Shown piece after piece: positions 1-13,565 of a DNA stretch of 64,000 nucleotides (the stretch's first letter is position 1; each line of letters opens with the position of its first letter). This DNA is from Mobula hypostoma (taxonomy: Eukaryota). The notes beneath the pieces are model-generated. The model was not told the DNA's origin. It worked only from the letters and a program-made list of their open reading frames with translations, and searched no databases. The stretch is from positions 20,648,001-20,712,000 of the forward strand of contig NC_086118.1 of the NCBI RefSeq assembly GCF_963921235.1, given 5' to 3'. A program made the translations under genes and the position numbers.

Positions 1-1375
1 AGCCTACTGGTAATTTCCTCGAAAAATTGTAATAGGTTTGTCAGGCAGGATTTTCCTTTAAGGAATCCATGTTGAATTCTGCCTATCTTGTCATATGCCT
101 CCAGCTACTCTGTAACCTCATCCTTGACAATCAACTCCAACAACTTCCCAACCACCGATGTCAAGCTAACAGGTCTATAATTTCCTTTATGCTTCCTTGC
201 CCCCTTCTTAAATAGCAGAGTGACATTTGCAATCTTCCAGTCCTCTGGAACTTCCAGTCCTCTGGAACCATGCCAGAATCTATCGACTTTTGAAAGATCA
301 TCACTAATGCCTCCGCAATCTCCACAGCTACTTCCTTCAGAACATGAGGGTGCATTCCATCTGGTCCGGGAGATTTATCTACCTTTAGACTATTCAGCTT
401 CCGGAGTACTTTCTCTATCGTAATTGTGACTGGGCACACTTCTCTTCCCTGCCACCCTTGAGTGTCCGGTATACTGCTGATGTCTTCCTCAGTAAAGACT
501 GATGCAAAATACTCGTTCAGTTCCTCCGCCATCTCCTTATCTCCCATTACAATTTCTCCAGCATCATTTTCTATCGGTCCTATATCTACCTTCACCTGTC
601 TTTTACTCTTCATATACTTGAAAAAGCTTTTAGTATCCTCTTTGATATTATTTACTAGCTTCCTTTCATAGTTAATCTTTTCCCTCTTAATGACCTTCTT
701 AGTTTCCTTTTGTAAGCTTTTAAAAACTTCCCAATCCTCTGTCTTCCCACTAATTTTTGCTTCCTTGTATGCCCTCTCCATTGCTTTAACTTTGGCTTTG
801 ACTTCTCTTGTCAACCATGGTTGCATCCTTTTTCCATTCGAAAATCTCTTCTTTTTAGGAATATACCTGTCTTGCACCTTCCTCACTTCTCGCATAAACT
901 CCAGCCACTGCTGCTCTGCCGTCTTTCCCGCCAGTGTCACCTTCCAGTCAACTTTGGCCAGTTCCTCTCTCATGCCACTGTAATTTCCTTACTCCACTGA
1001 AATACCGACACATCAGATTTCGGCTTCTCTTTTTCAAATTTCACAGTGAACTCAATCATGTTATGATCACTGCCTCCTAAGGGTTCCTTCACCTCAATCT
1101 CTCTAATCACCTCTGGTTCATTACACAATACCCAATCCAGTATAGCCAATCCCCTAGTGGGCTCAACAACAAGCTGTTCTAAAAAGCCATCTCGCAGACA
1201 TTCTACAAATTCTCTCTCTTGAGATCCAGTGCTGACCTGATTTTCCCAATTCACTCGCATGTTAAAATCCCCAATTATCATAACACTGCCCTTCTGACAA
1301 GCCTTTTCTATTTCTTGTTGTAATTTGTAGTCCACATCACTTCAGCTGATTAGAGGCCTATAAATAACTGCCATC
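1..1375 (-). mobile_element. CR1-type LINE ORF2 fragment (AP endonuclease C-terminal part, linker, start of RT), frameshifted; runs off window start
   Basis: ORFs 970-1335 (GDFN, LDWVLCN, LGGSDHNMI) and 161-973 (KSFFKYMKSK, KSPGPDGMHP). A 17-bp tandem duplication (234-250/251-267) breaks the frame. Confidence 0.9.
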
Positions 1376-1380
1376 AGGCA

Positions 1381-2510
1381 GTTATTTGGGGGAGATCTTA
1401 AATGGATTTTTTGCATTTGTAGTTACTTGGGAGATGGACAGAGTCTATAGAATGAGGCAAAGCAGCAGTGAGGTCATGAACCCTATACAGATTACAGAAG
1501 AGGTGGTATTTACTGTCTTGAGGCATATTAGGGTGGGCAAATCCCAAGTCCTTTGTTGTTTGTCATCTATATCAACACTCTGTATGAAAATGTGGTTGAA
1601 TGGAAAAGCAAATTTGTGGATGACACCAAGATTGGGAGTGCAGTGGATAGCGAGGAAGGCTATCATGACTGGCAGCAGGATCTGGACCAGCTGGCAAAAT
1701 TGCAGACGGAATTTAAGGCAGACAGGTGTGAGGTGTTGCACTTTGGTAGGACCAACCAGGGTAGGAGTTACACAGCGAACGGTAGGGCACTGAGAACAAA
1801 GGAATCTGGGAATACAGGTACATAATTAATTTAAAGTGGCAATACAGGTAGATAGGACCGTAAAGAAAGCTTTTAGCACATTAGCCTTCATAAATCAAAG
1901 TACTGAGTACAGGAGCTGGGATGCTTTGGTGAAGTTGTACAAGACTTTGGTTAGGCCCAATTTGGAATATTGTGTGCAGTTTTGGTCACCTACCTACAGG
2001 AAAGATGTAAATACATTTGAAAGGGAACAGAGAAAATTTGTAAGGGCGTTGCCAGTACTGGAGGACCTGAGCTATAAGGAAAGATTGAATAGGTTAGGAC
2101 TTTGTTCCTTGGAACGTAGAAGACTGAGGGGAGATTTGACAGATATACAGAATTTTAAGGGGTATAGAAAGGGTATATATAAGCAGGCTTTTGCCATTGA
2201 GGTTGGGTGGGACTACAACTGGAGGTCATGGCTTAAAGATGAAAGGTGAAATGTTTACTGTCAAGTTCCCCTTAAACTTCTTCACCGAGAGGATTCTGAG
2301 ACTATGAAATCAGCTGCCAGCACAAGTGGCACATGTGTGCTCAATTTTGATGTTTTAAGAGAAGTTTGGACAGGTACATGGATGAGAGAGGTATGCAGGG
2401 CTATAGTCTGGGTGTAGGAAGATGGTATTAAGTAATTTAAATGGTTCAGCATGGACTAGATAGGGCAAAGGGCCTGTTCCTGCACTGTACTTTTCTATGA
2501 CTCTATGACT
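1381..2510 (+). mobile_element. Degenerate CR1 LINE 3' part (RT C-terminus, 3' UTR, microsatellite tail)
   Basis: KFVDDTKIG, KCEVLHFG-like DRCEVLHFG, LYKTLVRPNLEYCVQFWSP and LERRRLRGDL motifs; tail ttctatgactctatgact at about 2492-2510. Confidence 0.85.
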
Positions 2511-2548
2511 ATCTATACTCCTCATAATTTTGTATACCTCTATCAATT

Positions 2549-5240
2549 AGACCATAAGATATACAGAAGAAGTAGGCCATTTGGCCCTTCAGGTCTTCTC
2601 CACTATTTCATCTTGGCTGATCCATTTCCCTCTCAGCCCCAATCTCCTGCCTTCTTCCCACAACCCTTCATGTCGTGATTAATCAAGAATCAATCAACCT
2701 CTGTCTAAAATATGCCCAATAACTTGGCCCATAGCAACGAATTCCACAGATTCACCACTCTTCGGCTAATGAAATTCCTCATCTCCATTCTAAATGGACA
2801 TCCCTCTATTCAGAGGCTATATCTTCTAGTCATAGACTCCTCCACCAAAGCAAACACCCTCCCCACATCCACTCTATTCAATAGGTTTCAATTATGTTAC
2901 CCCACATTTGTCCAAATTCCAGCGAGATGAAGCCAAAGCCATCAAATGCCCCTCATATGATAAGCCTTTCAATCCCAGAACCTCCTTTGAACCCCCTCCA
3001 ATGTCAGCACATCCTTTTTAGATAAGGGGACCAAAACTGCTCACAATACTCCAAATTAGCCTTGCCAATGCCTTATAAGGCCTCAACATTATATTCTTGC
3101 TTTTATATTCTAGTCCTCTCGAAATGAACGATAACATTGCACTTGCCTTCCTCACTGCAGACTCAACCCTTAGGGAATCTTGCATGAAGACTCCCAAGTC
3201 CCTTTGTACCTCAGATTTTTGAATTTTCCCTCCAGTTAAAAAAAATCTACTCTTTTAGTTCTTCTGCCAGAGTGCATGCCTATACACTTCCCGACACCGT
3301 ATTCTGTTTGTCACTTCTTTGCTAATTCTCTTAAGTCCTTCTGTAGCCTCCCTGCTTCAACACTACATGCCCCTCCACCTATCTTCGTATCGTCCACAAA
3401 GCCATCAATTCTGTCATCCAAATCATGGACATATAATGTAAAAAGTAGTCCCAACATAGACCCCTGGGGAACACCAACTGGAAAAGGCTCCCTTTCTTCA
3501 CAGTCTTTCCCTCCTGCCAATCTGCCATTGCTCTGTCCATGCTGGCATCTCTCCTGTAATACATTGGGTTCTTCACTTGTTAAGCAGTCTCACGTGTGGC
3601 ACCTTGTCAAAGGCACTTCTGAAAATCCAAGTATATAACATTCATGATTCTCCTTTGTCTGTCCCGCTTGTTATTTCTTCAAATTGCAACAGATTTGTCA
3701 GGCAAGACTTTGTCTTCAGGAAAACATGCTGACTTTTTGGCCAATTTATCATGTACCTTCAAGTACCCTGAAGCCACAGTCTTAACAATTAACTCCAATG
3801 TCTTCCCAACCACTGAGATCAGACTAACTGACCAATAATTTTCTTTCTTCTGCCTCTATCCATTCTTGAAGAATGGAGTGATATTTGCAATTTTCCAGTC
3901 CTCCAAAACTATGCCAGAATCCATTGATTCTTGAAAGATCATTACTAATACCTCCACTATCTCTTCAGCCACCTTTCAGATATCTGGGTTGTTGACCATC
4001 TGGTCCAGGTGACTTACCTAACTTCAGACCTTTCAGTTTCCGAAGCACTTTCTCCCTCATAATGGCAACTTCACTGGCTTCTGCCCCCTGACACTCTCAA
4101 ATGTCTGGCGTACAGGTCATGTCTACCACAGTGAAGAATGATGCAAAATAGTTATTCAGTTAGTTCACCATTTCCTCGTCCCCCATTACTACCTCTCCAG
4201 CACAATTTTGTAGTGATCCTCTGTTCTCGCCTCACTTTTACACTTGATATAGCTGAAAAAACTTTTAATATTATTGGCTCGCTCACCTTTGTATTCCATT
4301 TTTTCCTTCTTTATGACTTTTTAGTTGTCTTCTGTTGGTTTTCAAAAAGCTTCCCAATCCTCTACTAATTTTTGCTCTATTACGTTTCCTCTCTTTGGCT
4401 TTTATGGTGGCTTTGACTTCACTTGTCAGCCACAGTAGTATTATCCTGCTTGGCTGTCACCCCTGCTACTGTTCCCTTCCAATCAACTTTGGCCTACTCC
4501 TCTCTCATGCCTTTGTAATTCCCTTTACTCCACTGTAATACCGATGATACATCTGACTTTAGCTTAGTCTTCTCAAATTGCAGGGTGGAGTCTATATATT
4601 ATGACCACTGTCTTCTAAAGGTTCCTCTTCCTTAAGCCCTTTAACCAATTCTGGTTGATTGCACAACGCCCTAACCAGAATCACTGATCCCCAGTGGGCT
4701 CAACCATGAGCTGCTCTAAAAATCCACTTTGTAGACATTCCACAAAATCCCTCTCTTGGTATCCAGCACCAATTTGATTTTCCCGACCTACCTGCATATT
4801 GAATTCCCCAATGACTACTGTAAAATTGACCTGTTGACATGTACTTTCTATCTCACATTGGAATTTGTGGACCACATATTTGCTACTGTTTGGAAGTTTG
4901 TATACAACTCCCATCAGGGTCTTTTACTTTTGCAGTTTCTTAGCTCTACTCACAATAATTCAACATTTTCTGATCCTACATCACCTCTTTCTAATGATTT
5001 GGTTTCATTTTTTAACCAACCCCACCCCACTCCATAGGCCTACCTACAAGTCCTTTCGACACGCTGTGTATTCTTGGACATGAAGTCCCAGCTATAATCT
5101 TCTTTCAGCCATGATTCAGTGATGCCCCCAATGCCATTCATGCTAATCTGTAACAGTGCTACAAGATAATCAATCTTATTCTGTATACTATGTGCATTTA
5201 AATACATCACCTTCAATCCTGTATTCATCACCTTTTTTAG
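2549..5240 (-). mobile_element. Degenerate CR1 LINE ORF2 with internal deletions
   Basis: Minus ORFs contain GVPQGSMLG/FVDDTKIGG (3311-3520), GVVYKLPNS/GEFN (4681-4914) and LKVMYLNAHSIQNK (near 5200). Confidence 0.8.
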
Positions 5241-5242
5241 CG

Positions 5243-5407
5243 CAAACAACAGGAATTCTGCAGATGCTGGAAATTCAAGCAACACACATCAAAGTTGCTG
5301 GTGAATGCAGCAGGCCAGGCAGCATCTCTAGGAAGAGGTACAGTCGACGTTTCAGGCCAAGACCCTTCGTCAGGACTAACTGAAGGAAGAGTTAGTAAGA
5401 GATTTGA
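5243..5407 (-). mobile_element. Penelope-like element 3' terminal fragment with hammerhead
   Basis: Nearly identical to 9709-9873, the 3' end of the RT+GIY-YIG element. No TSD seen. Confidence 0.85.
5341..5382 (-). ncRNA. Minimal type I hammerhead ribozyme (PLE-associated)
   Basis: Minus strand reads UAGUC-CUGACGA-A-GGGU-CUUG-GCCU-GAAAC-GUC/GACUG: intact core, stems I and II, palindromic ACGU stem III. Confidence 0.75.
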
Positions 5408-7045
5408 TTTGATTGCCTTTCTTGCTGTTCACTTGCTTTCATCCACAAATTTGCTAAGCCAGTTTAGAAGTACAAGGAACTTGAGAGCACAACCATGCTT
5501 TTCAAGGCTACACTTCAAGGCTGGGATGAATTCAGACTTCAGATTATTTTAGCAGCTGACCAATTCCTGAAAATACCTTGATGATGATGATATTGTGTTG
5601 GAAATAGTGGCTCAGGAACTATTAATTTCAATTCTTTAGTCCCCATGTATTATTCCTACAGCAAGGCATTTGCGAATGGGGTGTAGTGCAGTTCTGAAAT
5701 GGATTTTGTTGATGATTAAGATAGGAATTATCAAGATTTAGTTACCCATTACTTTTTCATAAAGGACTGAGATTGCTGTAATGCAACTTGATTGATTCAT
5801 ATGCAAGCACTGCATAACCAGAAGGCAACCTTTGAAAAATGAACAAAGGGGCAGCTGCAACGAGCAGAATCAGTGTACAAAATTTTGCATATCATTTTGT
5901 GTGGAGTGAAGCTTCCACATTCTCTTGCAGTCTAAACAGTTCCTCCCACCAATCCAGGGAATGGTGGAGATGATGTCAGAGTTATTTTCAAAGCTGGAGC
6001 ACTGCAACTTGCTAAAATGGAAACAAATATGTTAGCATCCATGCTTCAATGATTTGTGTTGAAAAATCTGAAGATAGTACTTCAGATTACATTAACAACC
6101 TGCTGAATAATGTATTAGACCAACTCCATCAAGGAGGTGTGCTCACTTGTCTGCACAATTCCTTTTGATCCCATAGAACTTCAGGCTTAACAAAAAGTGC
6201 TGCATTAGCAAAACAATTGACAAAAATTGGCTTGAAATAATTTCCTTTTGAATAACTTTAATTAAATTATAATCGATGAAAAATAATTATCTGGCTTGAA
6301 CACCCTACTTCTTTCCCCTCAGGAATGATCAACTGTTCTATTACCATTCCACAGTGATGGCACATTGACAACCAGAAGGCAGAGGCCAACCCTATTCTTA
6401 CGGTGCTGGAACCCTCCCACCAGCTCGATAACTAACTCTGGTTCAGCCACATGATTCAGGCCACCTTTCATAAACAATATATGCCTACAGTTGGTATGAT
6501 TTGGGGTTCAACAAAACAGGAGCATTGTGATGTTCTGATTAAAGAAACCTTGATTTGAGCAAATGCCATGCAAATACTGCCCTTACACAATTATTGGTTG
6601 GCAAAAAATAACAAATTGTACAGCGCATAAAATTATAAAGAAAACATATTTAACAATTTCAGCTTTATCAGTTAACAGGAAGAAAAGGGCCCATTACAGT
6701 TGAACCAGTCCAATGTTTACATAAACGTTGGAGCTCATACTGTAGTATTCAGGGATGTAATTCTTACTCACTTGCTGGACCCACCACATTCTAAACTCCC
6801 CTCAAGGTCTCAGTCTCTCACTCTCATATTGGCCCTTCCTCCTTGGAGCCATTCATCTGCACAAAGCACTTGCAACAGGGACTCTCCTTCCAACAGCATT
6901 CTGCAGCATCTTCCCCTCTGTCCCACTCCACAATTCCCACCAAAAGATAACAAACCAGACTACTGTCAGTCACCATTCTCTCCCAAGCCTGCTCTCTCCA
7001 GAACCTTCTCCCACCATCCTGATTGGCTGACACAACATTCCTAAG

Positions 7046-7475
7046 TTGAAAAGGTGAGTGAATTTGGCCTTTTCTCCTTGGATCGGCGGAGAATGAGAGG
7101 TGACCTGATAGAGGTGTATAAGATGTTGAGAGGCATTGATTGTGTGGATAGTCAGAGGCTTTTTCCCAGGGCTGAAATAGCTAACACAAGAGGGCACAAT
7201 TTTAAGGTGCTTGGAAGTAGGTACAGAGATGTCAGAGGTAAGTTTGTTGTTTTTTTTCCCCCGCAGAGAGTGGTGAGTGCGTGGAATGGGCTGCTGGCAA
7301 TGGTGGTGGAGAAGATACGATAGGGACTTTTAAGAGACTCCTGGATAGGTACATAGAGCTTAGAAAAATAGAGGCTATGGGTAACCCTAGGTAATTTCTA
7401 TAGTAAGTACATGTTCAGCACAGCATTATGGGCCGAAGGGCCTGTATTGTGCTGCAAGTTTTCTATGTTTCTAAC
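7046..7475 (+). mobile_element. CR1 LINE 3' end fragment
   Basis: GLFSLDRRRMRGDLIEVYKM...TRGH motif; tail ttctatgtttcta. Confidence 0.8.
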
Positions 7476-8199
7476 ATGGCTTCTTATCTTTAGCCAAAAC
7501 CAAAACATTCTACCAGCAGGACACACTGCTTTTGCAGAAAAATGCTAAAGTGAAATACCTATAGCATAGCAGTAGAAATCTTAACCAGGGCATTACAGTG
7601 GGTAAAGTAGATGCTGAAGCTGGATGTCTTCCGAAAAGTTCTTTCCCAGGAAAGACTGCTTTTGAATGCCACATTAACAATGCTGCAGTCTAAGAAATTT
7701 GCTATGGACCCGAGGTGAGAATATTACCTGAGAGCATGTGATGTGGGCAGAAAAGTTCCCGAGGCCAAGACTTTAAACTCTGGGTTACCTCTGGCACTGT
7801 CATGTGACAAGACAACATTATGCTGACCTTCTTGTGGTAAAAGCATACAGGCCTAAATTAATCGCACCCAATGAATGGCACAAAATAGCTGTCTGTTCCA
7901 TATGCTTACAGCATTGTATGGTGGGGCAAAGCTCTGTTTCCACTGAAGAGCAACATATTTATAATGGAGATTAACCTGCTACTGGCTCATAGGTAATAGA
8001 GCTTTGATGACATTAATCGAAAACTCCTTGGTGACACAAATCTGAAATGTGATGGTACCAAAGTGTTAATGGTGGATAGCACAGAGATGTTCATCACCTT
8101 CATGGTAGGACTGATAATCTCATGATTCTGCATGGCCTCTGATGAAACACAGGAAATTAGCTCAACAGATGTAGATTAGAAAACATTCTGACTGGCTGC

Positions 8200-8560
8200 A
8201 GAGGATTGCAAACCCAGCCAAATCCATCACAGGCATGACAGAGGAAGTCCCACAAGAAGGCAGCATCCATCATTAAGGACCCTCACCACCTGAGCATATC
8301 TCTGGTGGTGACAGTCTTCTCATTACTACCATTATTGCTGAGGAGTTACCAGAGCCCGAAGACCTATACTCAATGTTTTAGAAACAGCTTCTTCCATCAA
8401 CGGATTTATGTATGTCCCACAACACTAGAGTTTTATTTCTCCTGTTCATTATTTAGTTTTGGATCTTGTAATTATTGTTATGCTTGCTTGCACTGTACTG
8501 CTACCTCAAAACACTCCATTTCACAGCATATATCAATGATAATAAATCTGGTTCTCATTC
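8200..8560 (+). mobile_element. Rex1/Babar-type LINE 3' end fragment
   Basis: KKAASIIKDPHH-coding segment (aagaaggcagcatccatcattaaggaccctcaccac) and 3' UTR shared with other Rex copies in the window. Confidence 0.6.
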
Positions 8561-9708
8561 CAATTCCATCCTCCAGGTCATCTTAGTACATGACTGGACA
8601 GATAACATGCCAAGTATTTCATGGAGCCTCTCTACACATTCTTCTGAGTACTTCCCTCACACATGGATGATTTAATAATTCATCTATTAATCAATACTAG
8701 TGACTACACTTTTTTTGTAAATTTTAATGCTTTATACACAATATTTCTGCACTGACCTCCAACCAATAAAAAAAACCTTTAAAAAGTCCTATTTTTATTT
8801 GGAATGGTTACTACAGCTTTTAAAGAGGTGAAATTTCTTCTATGGTCCTTGATATGCTCTTCCTTTGATTTGCTATACAATAGGTTGCTCACTGTGAGCT
8901 CATACACATACTGTATACTGACTCTACCTCACCAGTTAACAATGTTGCAAATAATATTCTAAATTAAGCACACATTGATATTTCTGTCAACTGGTACTTG
9001 ACTCTATTAAATATTCAGAAACTTTTGCAAGAAAAATAGCCAACTTCCAACTGCTCCCAATGTTTCAAACTTGGCATTCATTCCAACATAGGAAATGATG
9101 TATTCTCCATTTGACTCTCTGTTAGAATGGGCTTTTCCTATCTCAGTGTAAAATCAAATGACTATTTCTCCAAGATTTGAATATCAAAAACAGGTCTCAA
9201 ATGCACAGCAAGAACCAATGATATTTACAGTTCATCAAAATACATTGTATTACATGCTTCTGGCACAGTAATACAGATCAATTGTTATAAAATACAAAAT
9301 ATTAAAGTTTCATAATATAGATTGGCTTTTTGTTGACTACCAACATATAATGCTCTAAGTTTCTGATATTTCGAATGAGTTAATGGACTTTCAGGCAATG
9401 AAAGCCTTGTAGTATTTATTGTTTTATCCAGTTTCCCCAAGAGCATTAATAATCAGATTATGACTTAAGGGTATATAATTAATAAGGCACAGAAAGGAGG
9501 CCATTTTGTACATCACAATTACACCAGCACCTAGTAGAGAAATCCCATTTGTCTCATTTCCCTATTCTTTCCATAAATGGAAACAGGCCTAAGGAGAAAG
9601 GTATAGAGAGATAGTTACAGGGAGAGAGGATTTGTTGAGAAGTGATACTGAGAGATGAATAAAGGAGGGGAAAAACTGAAAGAAAGCAAGCGATGGACAG
9701 ATCTACTG

Positions 9709-11658
9709 CAAACAACAGGAATTCTGCAGATGCTGGAAATTCAAGCAACATACATCAAAGTTGCTGGTGAACGCAGCAGGCCAAGCAGCATCTATAGGAA
9801 GAGGTGCAGTCGACGTTTCAGGCCGAGACCCTTCGTCAGGACTAACTGAAGGAAGAGTGAGTAAGGGATTTGAAAGTTGGAGGGGGAGGGGGAGATCCAA
9901 AATGATAGGAGAACACAGGAGGGGGAGGGATAGAGCCGAGAGCTGGACAGGTGATAGGCAAAAGGGGATACGAGAGGATCATGGGACAGGAGGTCCGGGA
10001 AGAAAGACAAGGGGGGGGGGGTTGACCCAGAGGATGGGCAAGAGGTATATTCAGAGGGACAGAGGGAGAAAAAGGAGAGTGAGAGAAAGAATGTGTGCAT
10101 AAAAATGAGTAACAGATGGGGTATGAGGGGGAGGTGGGGCCTTAGCGGAAGTCAGAGAAGTCGATGTTCATGCCATCAGGTTGGAGGCTACCCAGACGGA
10201 ATATAAGGTGTTGTTCCTCCAACCTGAGTGTGGCTTCATCTCCACAGTAGAGGAGGCCGTGGACAGACATGTCAGAATGGGAATGGGATGTGGAATTAAA
10301 ATGTGTGCCCACTGGGAGGTCCTGCTTTCTCTGGCGGACAGAGCGTAGATGTTCAGCAAAGCGGTCTCCCAGTCTGCGTCGGGTCTCACCAATATATAAA
10401 AGGCCACATCGGGAGCACCGGACGCAGTATATCACCCCAGTCGACTCACAGGTGAAGTGATGCCTCACCTGGAAGGACTGTTTGGGGCCCTGAATGGTGG
10501 TAAGGGAGGAAGTGTAAGGGCATGTGTAGCACTTGTTCCGCTTACACGGATAAGTGCCAGGAGGGAGATCAGTGGGGAGGGATGGGGGGGACGAATGGAC
10601 AAGGGAGTTGTGTAGGGAGCGATCCTTGCGGAATGCAGAGGGGGGGAGGGAAAGATGTGCTTAGTGGTGGGATCCCGTTGGAGGTGGCGGAAGTTACGGA
10701 GAATAATATGTTGGACCCGGAGGCTGGTGGGGTGGTAGGTGAGGACCAGGGGAACCCTATTCCTAGTGGGGTGGTGGGAGGATGGAGTGAGAGCAGATGT
10801 ACGTGAAATGGGGGAGATACGTTTAAGAGCAGAGTTGATAGTGGAGGAAGGGAAGCCCCTTTCTTTAAAAAAGGAAGACATCTCCCTCGTCCTAGAATGA
10901 AAAGCCTCATCCTGAGAGCAGATGCGGCGGAGACGGAGGAATTGCGAGAAGGGGATGGCGTTTTTGCAAGAGACAGGGTGAGAAGAGGAATAGTCCAGAT
11001 AGCTGTGAGAGTCAGTAGGCTTATAGTAGACATCAGTGGATAAACTGTCTCCGGAGACAGAGACAGAAAGATCTAGAAAGGGGAGGGAGGTGTCGGAAAT
11101 GGACCAGGTAAACTTGAGGGCAGGGTGAAAGTTGGAGGCAAAGTTAATAAAGTCAACGAGTTCTGTATGCGTGCAGGAAGCAGCGCCAATGCAGTCGTCG
11201 ATGTAGCGAAGGAAAAGTGGGGGACAGATACCAGAATAGGCACGGAACATAGATTGTTCCACAAACCCAACAAAAAGGCAGGCATAGCTAGGACCCATAC
11301 GGGTGCCCATAGCTACACCTTTAGTTTGGAGGAAATGGGAGGAGCCAAAGGAGAAATTATTAAGAGTAAGGACTAATTCCACTAGACGGAGCAGAGTGGT
11401 GGTAGAGGGGAACTGATTAGGTCTGGAATCCAAAAAGAAGCGTAGAGCTTTGAGACCTTCCTGATGGAGGATGGAAGTATATAAGGACTGGACATCCATG
11501 GTGAAAATAAAGCGGTGGGGGCCAGGGAACTTAAAATCATCGAAAAGTTTAAGAGCGTGAGAAGTGTCATGAACATAGGTCGGAAGGGATTGAACAAGGG
11601 GTGATAAAACAGTGTCGAGGTATGCAGAAATGTGTTCGGTGGGGCAGGAGCAAGCTGA
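9709..11658 (-). mobile_element. 5'-truncated young Penelope-like retroelement (Neptune-type): RT, Cys linker, GIY-YIG endonuclease, hammerhead-bearing 3' end
   Basis: RT motifs MDVQSLYTSI, QTKGVAMGTRMGPSYA, RYIDD; linker CKRNKCYTC; endonuclease VIYCVRCSRCGLLYIGET..RFAEH. Perfect 13-bp TSD gacagatctactg at 9696-9708 and 11659-11671. Confidence 0.95.
9807..9848 (-). ncRNA. Minimal type I hammerhead ribozyme (PLE-associated)
   Basis: Minus strand reads CAGUUAGUC-CUGACGA-A-GGGU-CUCG-GCCU-GAAAC-GUC/GACUG; predicted cleavage between 9812 and 9811. Confidence 0.8.
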
Positions 11659-12243
11659 GACAGATCTACTGTACAGCTTATGTGGTAGGAATGAATTCTG
11701 GTGATGTTATCAGCATTTACTGTTATGAAAGAATATTGTGGATAGTAATTTATAACATTTATAAATGTGCACTTAAACATGCAGATCCAAGAAGTTACTG
11801 TTCAGGTTGTCCTGCTCCTCCATAATATTTGCCTCATTTTACTACCCAGTAAAAGACAAGGAACATCTAGCAACATGATCAAGGAAAACAATCCTCAGAA
11901 AAAGCTAGGGCTTGTCCATTCCAGTACTTGCATTTCTACTTCAACTTTCTCTCTTAATTATTGCCTAATGGCCTCTTTGACAAAGTAATAAACACAATAC
12001 CTCATTTTTCAAATTTAAACTATTGTTGGAGACAAAGTTCCACAAAAAGTAACGTATTTTTACTATCTATGTTCTCTTTATCATCTACTTTTCCCCTTTT
12101 GCAAGAATATAAGTTACAAGGACTGTCAACCTTTTCCAAGGGTGGCCTGCAGGCTAGCAGAGGGAAGGCACGCCCTATTCTTCCTTTGGTAGAGCTGCAT
12201 CCCACATTGCCATATACCATATCCAAAAGGAAGCAAGTCAACA

Positions 12244-12341
12244 AAATACCTTTGAACTACAGTCACTACTATAATGTAGAAAAATGGAGTCAACTAAATA
12301 CCTTTGAACTACAGTCACTGCTATAATGTAGAAAAATGGAG
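12244..12341. repeat. Direct repeat of a 46-bp unit (period 52 bp)
   Basis: aaatacctttgaactacagtcact(a/g)ctataatgtagaaaaatggag at 12244-12289 and 12296-12341, one mismatch. Confidence 0.9.
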
Positions 12342-13565
12342 GTGCATAACAAGGTTTCACAAATTCCGATGCAATCCATTAACAGATAATACAGAATGTG
12401 ATCTGAACTGTTAGTTGAAGAAAGAAAACTGATGGTCACTATTGTTTTTGGATTATGCATAACAATCTTATGTACAGCTAAGGCGATTGTCACAGTTCAT
12501 GCCTAGTGTCTCATCCTTAAGCACCAGCACCAAGGGAATTGCATTCAGCCAAAATCATGAGTACATCTCTCTCAAAGGAAAATGTTGCCAAAACTGGAAC
12601 TCTGAATTAAAAGAAACTACAGGAAAGTCAGATGAGGTGGTATGTGCTGGGAGACAAGTATTATTTCAAGTGGATAACATTTCTGATCTTCACACAGCAA
12701 GGTCATTTAACCTGAAACAAAAGCAATCCAAATTACTGAGCATCTTCTATTTTCAACTCAAATCCTTATTTGTTCTGGAACTTATTTTCTGATTCAGTGG
12801 CAGGAGTGCTATTGATGCTTAATAAGCATCATAATGCTAGAGCAATAAAACTCAAAATTTACTAACATATATTGCATTGGAAGATATCCTCCAAAATAAA
12901 GCTGTTCCAGAAAAAAATTGCACAATAATTCTGTAAATCAACTGATACTAATTGTAGACACAATACTATTAGATATTTAATACCATATTCCAAATGATTC
13001 CCCGTTATAACCAGCTCCTTAAGAAGCACTTTAGTCTTACAATACCATTCTAAAGTTGTTAATGTAGGTTGTCTATTCTATCCTTCCAAAACACAGGTCT
13101 AAATACAATACCCTTAGAAAAAGATGAAATATCTTTACATTGTACTCAATCAATGAGACTAATGCAGATGTTTTAGATTAAAATAGAATTTCAAAGCTTG
13201 AGTATTCCTTACAACAGTGACATTATGTCCCGTAATTACCTTTCCTATAAAATTTAAATAGCGTAAAAAACAAGCTTTCTTTTCGGTGTAATCTTTTACA
13301 ATAATGTGATCCTAATTTTAAAAAAAAACTTAAGATACTAAGACACCTGAGTGATTTTCTGCCCTAATCTTTTACTAGAATATTTAATCTTTGAGTTGAA
13401 GACAATGTAAATAAAAACAGGGCGTTCTCACAATCATTAAGACATTACGTATTTCGTACACAAGTAAAACGAATTTAAAAGGAGCCTGCAACCTAAAACA
13501 GCAAACATCCTATTTGCTTGCATTCTTATTTGATGTTTGCTTTTTGGTGGGCTGTACCTACTCAC

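Noticed and set aside
5500..8200. Complex sequence that might be an ancient LTR-element or gene remnant
   Set aside because: Only vague motif hints, with no sustained ORF or terminal structure; cannot be supported without a search.
1..13565. RAB40B exon 2 (IDYKTTTILLDG..)
   Set aside because: Not found by eye or in the ORF track; probably left of the window, although a short exon could have been missed.
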